A stretch of 64,000 bases of DNA, from the NCBI GenBank assembly GCA_030704615.1, contig CM060732.1:80228001-80292000 (forward strand). Reading direction: 5' to 3'. The translations under genes and the position numbers were made by a program. Within the stretch, counting starts at the first letter, position 1. Each line of letters starts with the position of its first letter. This stretch comes from Takakia lepidozioides. Taxonomy: Eukaryota; Plantae; Bryophyta. The notes under the pieces are model-generated. The model saw nothing but the letters and a program-made list of their open reading frames with translations. It was not told the DNA's origin and made no database searches. Below are positions 12,900-23,272 of the stretch, in pieces.

Positions 12900-13650
12900 G
12901 AATCAAGGACCCTGTTAAACAGTGCAATACTTACGGCCGATTTGATAAGAGGGAAAAACAGGGTGAATGTGTTGAAGAAGGTGCCTTGATTAACAGTGCC
13001 TGATTTGATCAATTGTGCTGCTGCTGCTGCGGCTTCCAGTTGACCATCTATCCATGCAGGTTTCTTGTACCTATCCTTCCACATGGAATCATAGGTAATA
13101 TGGAGCTTGAAATCCGGCCCTCTTGGATGAATCTGGACCCACACATCTATCCCTGTTCCTTCAGCTATCCATGCCCCTGCACAAATCATGCATACATCCT
13201 CGCCTTGCTGCTAGCAGCTGACAATGACAGCCTAGAATTGCTTGAGCAAACACCCCAACCCTACTTATCACACTAGTTCCTATGCTGACTTGCGTCTGCT
13301 TCCAACAGACATTCACCTTTTGCCTCGATTGTTCCACCATTGACTGAGGTCGGAAACGTATTCATCCTAGAGCTTCTCCTCGAGTCTCTGTTATATATTT
13401 ATTGATACTTTCCTGTCGACCACATTGGCAGTAACATGTCAAAATCACTCCAAAACTACCATAGATCCACCAACGAGCTAACTTGCAAGATTCAACATTA
13501 AAATTTAGGGACGACTCTGATAGCAGGGGAAAACAAGGTGAAATATGTTGAAGAAGGTACCTTCATTAGCAGCGCCTTGTTTTATGAATTGTGTTGTTTC
13601 CGCTGTTGTCTCCAGTTGACCATCTACCCACTTGTAGCCACTGTGAGCTA
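12900..13650 (-). pseudogene. OSB-type PDF motif exons (cargo of element B)
   Basis: EEKL..EYVSDLSQWWNNRGK / intron / IHPRGPDFKLHITYDSMWKDRYKKPAWIDGQLEAAAAAAQ. Confidence 0.75.
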
Positions 13651-13659
13651 TTGAAGAAG

Positions 13660-14810
13660 GTGCCCCCTTCCCCCATCATTTGATCATAGGTCTCCATACC
13701 ATGTCCCTGCTCTACATACCCTGCAAGCATCGCGTTCCATGACACCACATCTCGTTCAACCATAGTGTTGAAAACTCCCTTCGCATCCTTAATGCACCCA
13801 CATTTTGCATACATGTCCACCAGGGCAGTGTTCAGAATGACATCTGGTACAATTCCAGCTTTGATGATGTCACCATGGACCTCTTTCCCTTTTTCCAGAG
13901 GTCCCAGGCTTGCACACGCATTGCAAACACAAACAAACGTGATGTGGTTGGGCTTCACCCCTTCGCGCAACATTTGCTCATAGGTCTCCAAAGCATTCCT
14001 ACCACACCCATGCTTGGTAAATCCTGCCAACATTATATTCCACGTGATCAAAGATCATTGAGACTTTCTGTTGAAAACTTCGTGAGCATGCATGCATGAT
14101 GCTCCTGCACTTAACATACATGTTTGCTCCTGCACCCACATTTTGCATACATGTCCACCAGGGTATTGTTCAAAATGACATTTGGTACAATTCCAGCCCT
14201 GATGATGTCGCCATGGACCTCTTTGCAAGCCCTTTTCCAGAGCTGCCATGGCTGTGTTCAGAATGACATTTGGTACAATTCCAGCTTTGATGATGTCACC
14301 ATTCACCTCTTTGCCCTTTTCTAGGGCTGCCAAGCTTGCACAAGCATTGCGAGTGCACACAAACGTGATGTGGTCGGCTTCACCCCTTTGCACATCATTT
14401 GCTCATACGTCTCCAAAGCCTCCATCCCGCGCCCCTGTTGTGCATTCACTGCGAGCATCGCACTCCACGACACCACATTTCGTTCAGCCATATTGTTGAT
14501 CACTCCCTTTGCATCCTTGATGCTCCCACATTTGGCATACAAGTCCACCAGGGCAGTGTTCAGGATCACATCTGGTATGATTCCAGCTCTGACGATGTCG
14601 CCATGCACCTCTTTGCCCTTTTCCAGGGCTGCCAGGCTTGCACACGCACTGCAAACGCACACAAACGTGATGTGGTCGAGCTTCATCCCTTCACACATCA
14701 TTTGCTCATACGTCTCCAAAGCCTCCATCCCGTGCCCTTGCTATGTATACCCTGCGAGCATCGCACTCCACGACACCACATTTCGTTCAGCCATATTGTT
14801 GAACACTCCT
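13660..14810 (-). pseudogene. PLS-class PPR array fragment (cargo of element B)
   Basis: Repeated P-L-S triplets such as VVSWSAMLAGY..QG.GMEALETYEQM..EG.KPDHITFVCVCNACASLAALEKGKEVHGDI.KAGIVPDVILNTALVDMYAKCG, with frameshifts and stops. Confidence 0.93.
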
Positions 14811-16292
14811 ATCAATGCATTGACGGAGTCTTCTTTTCCCGCCCGGCCATCTTCACATATTGGCGCATCGTTTGAGGATATAAGCCGGGCACCGGTAAAC
14901 CACTCTTGTCCAGTGACCCATGGCCTGCCAACTATTTCCATTCAGCTCAGCCCGGTTTTGGTTCGTTCGCTCGCGAAAGCTATAGATGATTGTTACGTGA
15001 TTGATCGCAATATGGGAACTTAACCCCGTATCATTGACCTTACTGAAGAACTAGATGATGTAGTTGCCGCGGATAATTTAGATGTCGGCGGTAGTCAAGC
15101 TTTTTCTGCATCAAACCCTAAAGACACAGTTGACTTGCAAGTTGATAGATAAATCCCCTCCCTACAAGAGCAGACCGACCACGAGAGTGACCACCAAGCT
15201 GAACAGCAGACTGACCAGACTGAGGACAGTGAGCAGCAGACTGATGCTGAACATGGTCCTCTGAAGGAGGGCCAACATGTCGTTTGCCCCGCCCACGAGA
15301 GTGTCCACCAGACTCGACAGCAGACTGACCAGAGCGGCGAGCAGACTGAGCACCAGACTGGCTAGACTGAGGATACTGAGCACCAGACCGATGCCGAACA
15401 TGGACAGACTAAGGGCCAACATGTCGTCCCCCCCGCACACGAGAGTGTCCACCAGACTCGACAGCAGACTGACCATAGCGGCGAGCAGACTGAGCACCAG
15501 GCTAACCGCTCTAAGCAGCACAGACTGACTGACATTCAAGCAGGGGACCAGTCTGCCCAATCGCTTCCTTCCAATGACGCCATACAGGTTGTGCCCTGCC
15601 GTCTTCCACCTCTGTGATTTCAGATTTATGTTCAATTTCTGTGTATTGACAGGATCTGTTGTACCTACAGGACTTGAGGACACCGTTTCCCTCCCAGGCA
15701 ATTCCACAACCCGCCAATGTTGCTCACGTTGGCTCCACAACCAGAAAATGTGGCTTACTTACAACGCCAATAGATGCACGGATTAGTTCAACGCATGCGA
15801 CCCGTGAGGCTGCCAATACAGGTCCTGCAAGTGTGAACAAGCCTGCAGACACAGTCGTCTTGCGAAGCAGGATTGCATCACTTTGTCAGTCTGCTGAATC
15901 GAACCCGGCCACAGTAGTCGCCGAATCCCTAGGCACAAGTAGAGTGATGAAGCGGACTGTCGTGGAGCAGACTCAGGGAAATTCGGGAGGGTCATGTTGC
16001 CAAGAAACCTGAGAAGAAAGGCAAGTCCGCTGCCTTCATGAACAAGGACCGCAAAATGACATTGGATACGGACAAAGAAGTGGTTCTTCAGCGAGAAATG
16101 CACCAGTGAGTAATCCTCCTAGTCTGCTGAGTCTGGTCACTCCAGTCTGCTCAAAAGTGTGAGTCTGCTCAGTCCGCTCGGTCTGGTGAGTCTGGCGAGT
16201 CCGCTCAGTCCGCTCGAGTCTGTTGAATGGAGTCAGTCCGCTCAGACCGTTGCGTACATGGGTTTTCACACAAGGCTGTGGTCTGTGTGCAG

Positions 16293-17200
16293 GTTGGGTT
16301 CTCGTTTTGCCGCGGCCCTGCGACGGAATGTCGCGGCCGGCAATTGCATGGTTCACTTTTATGAAGGCGACCCCCGGTATGAGTGCTCCATCGGGCCTCC
16401 GGACTTGAAGCCACTTGAGAAGGTGGAGTCGGAGTGCACAGATAGAATGTTGGAGCTGTGGTGTCGTTTATATGAGAAGACGGTTGAAGACAAGTACTCA
16501 AGTATTGTTGCTCTTCTGCCAGCCTCAACATGGTCTCGTATGATGACACATTGGGACGGGCCACGGGAAAGGCTAGTGGAGTATCTGCATTCTTGCTGGA
16601 GCGTCCCTCAGCTCGGCAAAGACATAAAATACTGCCATCATATAATCATTCCGATTGTGGAGGAGTAAGATCTCGCATACCCAGTCTGTTCTGTCTTTTG
16701 AATGAGGACAGTCTGCTCGGTCTGCCCACTCAGCCCTGAGTCTGCTCAATCTGCCGAGTCTGCTGAGTCTGCTCATTATGCCGAGTCTGCTGGGTGATGA
16801 GTCTTCTGAGTCTGCTGAGTGTAGTGGGACCCGTGCAGTGTGGGAGTCTGTAGAGTCTGTTGGAGAGGCAATTGGAGTGGTTTGCTGAGTGGACTGCTGC
16901 CGTGAGGCTCATGAGATTCGTCTTGCAGGGCGCACTGAAGTGTTGTTGTCGTCGACGTGCGGAAAGGCTGCTACACTCACATGAATTCCATCGAGTCTTT
17001 GTATGGTTGCCCATATGTTTTGTCATGGATACGGAAGCTGCATGCGGAGTGTTTAGGCTACAATGTTGATTCACCGGGTTGGGAGGAGGTTAGGGCATTT
17101 CAGTTCAACCAGCCTGAAGTGCCCCGACAGCCATTCAGCTGGGAATGCGGGTTTTACGTCATGTCCTTCATCCAAGGATATTATGAATGACTACAAACTG
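16293..17200 (+). pseudogene. Ulp1-like (peptidase C48) transposon-associated protease
   Basis: Exon ending HIIIPIVE at 16664, GT-AG intron 16665-16928, then EAH*SVVVVDVRKGCYTHMNS..PRQPFSWECGFYVMSFI (His, Gln and Cys motifs; the Trp after His is mutated to TGA). Confidence 0.8.
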
Positions 17201-17439
17201 GGCATACTCGAACCTCTTTTAAAAGGGCAGAGAGATGAGTACCTTTCACGAAACACTGGTTTATGTTCAAGTTTGCACTTGGCCAACGGGTGCAGTGTCT
17301 AAGTACATCTTGACTAGTTTGAGTGCTGCTGAGAAAGCAGTATCTTCATAGATATCCATCTGGGTCCGAGATTAGAGGTGCACCATAGGACGCATTTGTC
17401 ATAGCTGTGGTCACGGTTCAGGTGCCTGGTTTTATCAAC

Positions 17440-19890
17440 TGTGCCGCTGCAGCTGCTGCCTTCAGTTGACCATCTACCCATGCAGGTTTCTTGTGGCTAT
17501 TGATCCATAGGGAATCATAGGTAATTTTGTGCTTGAAATCTGGCCCTCTTGGAAGAATCTGTACCCACTCTCTATCCCTGCTTCTTCAGCTATCCATGCG
17601 TCTGCACAAATCATGCATTCATCCTTGCCTTGCTGCTAGCAGCTGAGAATAACAACCTAGACACCCAACTTAGCTTATGACCCTAGTTCCTATGTTGAAT
17701 TGCGTCGATACTCTCTGTAATCTAACAGACATTCACCTTTTTGCCTCGATTGTCTCACCGTTAATTGGGGTCACAAAAGTATCCATTCCACAGCTTCTCC
17801 TCATCTCTGTTACATACTTTCTTGTTGTCATATTGGCAGTATCATGTCAAACTCGCTGCAAACTAGATTCACTCAACCAGCTAACTTGCAGAATTCAACA
17901 TGGAAATTTAGGGCCGATTTTGTGATTGGAAAGAGAACCCAGAGGGATGGAATGGAAGCAGTAGCATGGGTGTCTCTCTGATGCATCAACAGACAGCGGT
18001 CAGACCAAGTTCTATGACCCAAACCCAGAGTGAGCACAATGGCTTTGTAAGGCCAATGCCTACAGGGCATATTCAATACTACAATGAGGATATGCAAGCA
18101 GCATATACCATGTGCAAATAAAAAAACAACAAAGGTAGTGAAGGTGTGCAACCTGCCAAAGAGAGGGCGGAGTTGAGGAAGGATGAAGCAACTACAGACA
18201 TTGGGAAATGCTCTGATGCGGGCAGAAGGGAAGACCCAGGCCCTGTCGGGGTTCAGCTGGCAGAAGAACAAGTTGCTGACAGCAACAACATGGAAGCAGA
18301 GTGGATACAAGTTGATTTTGACAAACCCAAGTCCATCAGACAAGGCATCAGAAGGCCCAAACAAAGAACACTGTGCAAAATCTGTAATAACATGAGACAC
18401 AGTCGTCACACACTAACCGGACATGGGTCTTGGCAGACTTTCAGCAAAGCTGAAACAATCACAGAAGCAAAAAAAGAGGCAGGCCCTCAAGGGAAGATGT
18501 ATGGAGTACCTTTTGCAGTGATTCAATGAGTACGTGGAAGGAGGAGAAGCTTACCCACTGCCAAGCACGAAGTACATGATGCAACCAACAACACAAGTAT
18601 CATGTCAGTTCACTCATAATGAGTGGAGGCACTGGATGAGTTGGACGAGATATACCATATAAGTGATCACACTCCAATAAGACTACAACAACACCCCACA
18701 TCAACATGTTGACACGAGGAAGTGCAAAGAAGGCCGAAATAGGGGATGGGATGCCTATTCTGCAGAAATCCAGCCAAGACATCAAGGATTTAGGGCAAAA
18801 ACATGGATTTGGTGAAGAAGAATGCATTGGCATGGACAACATCTACAGCTCAGCAGGGTTTGAGCACCAACCAGAGATATTCATGGGAGAGGGTGACAAA
18901 AGTGAGGAAGAAGCCAAAACACAAAGCCTTGACGCATTCACTGAAGATTGGGCAGACAAACAGATAAGAGAAGACAGCTCGCAAGAAACGGATAAGAGGG
19001 AAAAACAGGGTGAAATGTGCTGAAGGAGGTGCCTTCAGTAGAAGTGCCTGACCTTATCAATTGTGCCGCTGCTGCTGCCGCTTCCAGTTGACCATCTACC
19101 CATGTAGGTTTCTTGTAGCTATCCTTCCACAGGGAATCATAGGTAATGTGGAGCTTGAAATCCAGCCCTCTTAGATGAATCTGGACCCACACTCTATCCC
19201 TGCTCCTTCAGCTATCCATGCCTCTGACAGCCTAGAATTCTACCAGCAAACACCCCAACCATACGAAACACCCCAACCCTACTTATCACAATCTGAAATG
19301 CATCTGCTTCTCTCTGTAGTCCAACAGGCATTCGCCTTTTTGTCTCCATTGTCCCACCATTGACTGGGGTCGGAAAGTGTTCACCCCAAAGCTTCTCCTC
19401 ACCTCTATTATATGTTTTTGGATACTTCCCTGCTGCCACACTGGCAGTAACTTGCCAAAGTCACTCCAAACCACCACAGATCTACCCAACGACCTAACTT
19501 ACAGAATTCAATATGCATCTTGCGGCCGAGTCTGATGAGAGGGCAACACAGGCTGAAATAGGTTGAAGAAGAAGGTGCCCTACCACATTGTCCTTGACCT
19601 GTCCTGACCCATGGAGGATTTGACCGACCATCAACCTAAAAGGACCTCTTGTGTGTGCTGCTTGTGTTTGTAGTCAGGTAATGTCGGATTGGTCTGTGAG
19701 ATCGAACCACTACGGCGTAGCTGAGTAGTCAGAGATTGAAACACGCCTGCTAAGACCAAGCTGACTCTCCCAAGAACGGCGAGCTCGCTTCTCCTCGTCT
19801 CCTCTCCTCCTCCTCTTCTCCTTCGTGCATCATTTGCTCAACGCCTCCATCCCACACCCCTGCATATCCTGCTATCATCGCGTTCCATCC
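17440..19890 (-). pseudogene. Tandem PDF motif modules (cargo of element B), interrupted by an unrelated insert of about 1.07 kb at 17921-18990
   Basis: PDF halves at about 19600-19790, 19335-19430/19050-19185 (IHLRGLDFKLHITYDSLWKDSYKKPTWVDGQL) and 17735-17815/17440-17560. The flanks of 17921-18990 rejoin to the consensus GGGCCGATT..GATAAGAGGG. Confidence 0.7.
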
Positions 19891-20358
19891 CTCGGCTATA
19901 TGGTGTGGCGCAGGAGACAAAAAAAAATGCCAAGTCCTAGCCCTCCTTTTTGTTCACGATTACCCTAATGGGCAACCTTATTAACAATTTTTTTATTTTT
20001 TTAAACCTAATGGGCAACCTTATTTGCATTATATGAGCCTTCAAAATAACACGTGTAGTGATGTAGTCGTATAAATAGAGCTGTGAAACCATCTTCAGTC
20101 ATGGAGTCATAAGATTCCATGAAACGTCGTCCACGTGTAGTCAAACATATCACACTAGTTATATAAACCATCCCTGTCATCATGGTCAACAATGTTTGAC
20201 CAATGCTCCCTAACTTTCCGGAGTAATGTAGTGATATCCATTACTACAAAGTCATAAAACTATGACTGCAATGCATTTCAGCGCTCTGTAGTCATCTACC
20301 TAGTGCAGTTTTTATGACTCCGCCAAAGTAGTCCTAAAAATGCTCATCTCTTGTAGTG

Positions 20359-22860
20359 ACGGTCTGCTCAATAGTATGCTGCACAGTCTGCTGGTGCACA
20401 GCCAAGTCATCCGTCTACAACCCGGTCTGCTCATTGGTATGGTGGACGGTCTGCTTGACAGTGACATCATCGGTATGCTGCACGGTCTGGTGCAGAGGCA
20501 GTCCTTCAGTCTGCTCGCCGGTCTGCTCATGAGTCTCCTTGTCCTCGGTGTGGCCTGTAGTGCGCCCACTCTCCTGAACAGTGGCTGGGATAGTGTTGAC
20601 AGTCTGTCCATGCTCTTTTTGTTGCAGTGGGTCAGTATGCTGAGCAATGGCATCGTCAGCAGTCTGCTGAACGGTGTCATGGAGTCCCTATAACGCCAGC
20701 ACAACATCTCGTGCACCTCTGACAAGGGAATCGAAAGCACACTGCACGTGCTCGTCTAAATCGGACATTCCTGAAACAGATGAGTTGGACAAAGTGAGTC
20801 TGATAGGATGGTGGAAGAAAAGACCATGAACTTCACAACGGTCCAGAACTTACCTTCTAGGAGGTTGCCAATGAGACCAATATCTTGGATTTGGCGTCCC
20901 AAGCATGCTCCATCGAGATGGCGAATCGCTGGCATGCGGTTTTCAAATGGGGAGCCACACCATAGGACTTTGAACACATCCGGTCTGTTCAACACAATAT
21001 CGAGCACTGCTCACTCCATTACCGCAGCAAACCATTGCAACGCCTCATCCACAACACTCTTCTTACCCGTATCCGAATCTGAATGAAACAAATACTTCCT
21101 CAAACTTTGTAGGTCTTTTACCAATTTACTGTATGAATGGAAATTGCCGAACTGCATCTATCGATGGTGAAAGAAAGAATTAGCAATGCGATCAAAATAC
21201 TCTTCAGTAATTCCAAGCAAGTGCTTTCCCCGCACCCCAAAGGTGGGATGTGCCATGGGCATATGTCTGAGTTCCTGAGGCCGTGGGTCATCCATGAGGA
21301 TTAATTGGACAAGCAGTGGCCGGGCATTTTGGACCTTCGTGGCTGCCAGGGCCACAGAATGTGCGCTTTCGAGGACTTCATTTGCTTCTGCCATAGTAAA
21401 TTCCATGGAATAATGAAAGGGAACAAAAGGCCACCGGCCGTCCGTGACAATGCGATGGAGCTCATTATATCAATCCATATTGGCATTGACTTCCCCCACC
21501 CTCAGACAGGCAAGTGTCAGGTCCATAGCTTCGGGATCAATGAGCGGCAATGGCGAGCGCCAAACTCCAAAAAGTCCCGTGGTGGTCGTGACAATGAGAG
21601 TCTGCTGGCTGGGAGTCCGCTGGACAGTAGTGTGGTGGATGGGCGTCTTCTGGGTGGCAGTCTGCTGGTTGGGAGTCTCCTGAATAGCAGTCTGTGGGCT
21701 GGGAGTCTGCAAAGCAGTCTGCTGGATGGGAGTATGCTCGACGAGAGTCTGGTACATGGGAGTGTGCTGGACAAGACTGCGCTGACTGTGAGTCTGGTGG
21801 GAAAGAGTCTGCTGGATGCCAGATTGGGTGAGGTCTGTGTCCACCAAGTCTGTAGTGAGTATGGTGTTGACCGGGGAATTGGCGAGTGCTTTGTCTGCAG
21901 AGTCCAGTGCTGCTATGGCGTCTGCTGAGCCAGGGTACTTAAACAAGATGTACTCCCACACCCGCTCCACTTCCCGGCGCACCGCATTCACTACTAAAGG
22001 AGGGTCGGAGCTCACCGTCCGCCAAGCACACAAGGCCTCCCAAATACTGGCTCGTTCATCCTGGTATATGACAGAAAACCCAAAAACTCAGCATCGGACT
22101 CACTAGCAGCAGACTCACTAGCAGACTCACGAGCAGACTCACCAGCATCGTGGCACAGAACAAAAGAACCAGCGGACTCCACGGACTGACGAGCAAGTCC
22201 ACAAGCAGGGGACTGACCAGCAAGTCCACAAGGGGACTGACGTAGCAGACCGAGCAGGTAGACTGAACCAGCAGACTCTATGACAACAGACACCAATTGT
22301 GGGGACAGACTGGGCATTACCTCGTCGTCGTCGTCGACACAGACGTCCTCCTCATTTTCAAGGGAGCTCAACCAATTTTTCTCCGCTGCTCGGATGGTTC
22401 TGCTGAGCTGTCCGGACTGGGCGAAACTGTAGAAAAAACGGAAGAAGTCTGGATCGTCCACTGGTGGGCACATCGATGGGAGAAGCCCAAATGGTAAGAG
22501 GCACAATGTACTAGGACAGACTCCACTGGTAGTCTCTTTCGACTGGACTTCGTCCATGTGAACCCTCGACTGGTCAGGCAAGACAATGTCGACGGGAGAT
22601 GAGACACCTCTCGGACCTACGAATTCATCATTCCGAATGATGTCTGCAGACGGCTCAGCAGACTAGCTCTCACTCGAAGTACTGATGGTCTGCGTCTGCT
22701 GCGTAGACCGTCTCCCTGGCACAGCCCGTGACACTTCCCGACTGCCTTGGGGACGAGTCTGCCGTTGAGATTTCGCCCTCGCCTCCCGAGCAGACCTTGC
22801 AGCCTTTTCTCTTTCCTTCTTCTGGGCCCTATCACTAAGTTTCCTTTTTCTGGGAGCCAT
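20359..22860 (-). pseudogene. Long unknown transposon accessory gene with N-terminal NLS-like segment
   Basis: Starts MAPRKRKLSDRAQKKEREK. ORFs 21470-22033, 21158-21406, 20756-21007 and 20312-20740 share one frame separated by single stops, and continue in frame to the stop at 11939 once element B plus one TSD (8280 bp) is removed. Confidence 0.55.
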
Positions 22861-22879
22861 AGGCGATGGCGATGTCAGG

Positions 22880-23272
22880 TCATGCACATCTTGCATTGAA
22901 ACATCCAAACCGTGCGCACACCTCCGCCAAAGTGCGGGCCTTTGGGTTTGCGCCACGGAGTCTGGCCGTGGCCGTATTCACCACCCTCATTGAACTTTGA
23001 ACTGGCCACGGCTTGAAGCCAGGTGGGATATAGCGCTTGTTTTTGCAACCCGTGTCAACACAATGGCGGTTTAGCTGCACTTTGTCCTTGATAATTTCAC
23101 TACAGAAGGGACAGTGGAGTTTATCCTTCTGCCAGTTGGAGTCTGCAGGCTTGATTGCGCGGAGGTCTAAGAATGCTTCGACTATTTTCGCATCATACTC
23201 CTCAGGTGAGTACCAGTATTTAGCCTGGACTTGTGCATGAAATGCAACCAGTCTGCTCCACCTTTTGCACAA
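22880..23272 (-). pseudogene. Small ORF with a C2HC/C2H2-like zinc finger
   Basis: CPFCSEIIKDKVQLNRHC..GC; no in-frame upstream ATG. Confidence 0.4.

Larger units (their letters stand above)
12082..20358. mobile_element. Non-autonomous CACTA element B (Pack-CACTA-like), 8277 bp
   Basis: TIRs CACTACAACAGATGAGCATTTTTATGACT (12082) and AGTCCTAAAAATGCTCATCTCTTGTAGTG (ending 20358); perfect 3-bp TSD ACG on both sides; GACTA-rich subterminal regions; interior is gene-fragment cargo. Confidence 0.92.

Noticed and set aside
15162-15740. Multi-pass membrane protein ORF
   Set aside because: The hydrophobic translation arises from the antisense reading of CAGACT-rich tandem duplications.
6244-20358. 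A single 14-kb CACTA element with very long terminal inverted repeats
   Set aside because: The 20358 end pairs with 12082 (perfect ACG TSD, flanks rejoin in frame), and the PPR sequence cut at 6243 does not resume after 20358. The inverted similarity reflects two copies of the same family end.
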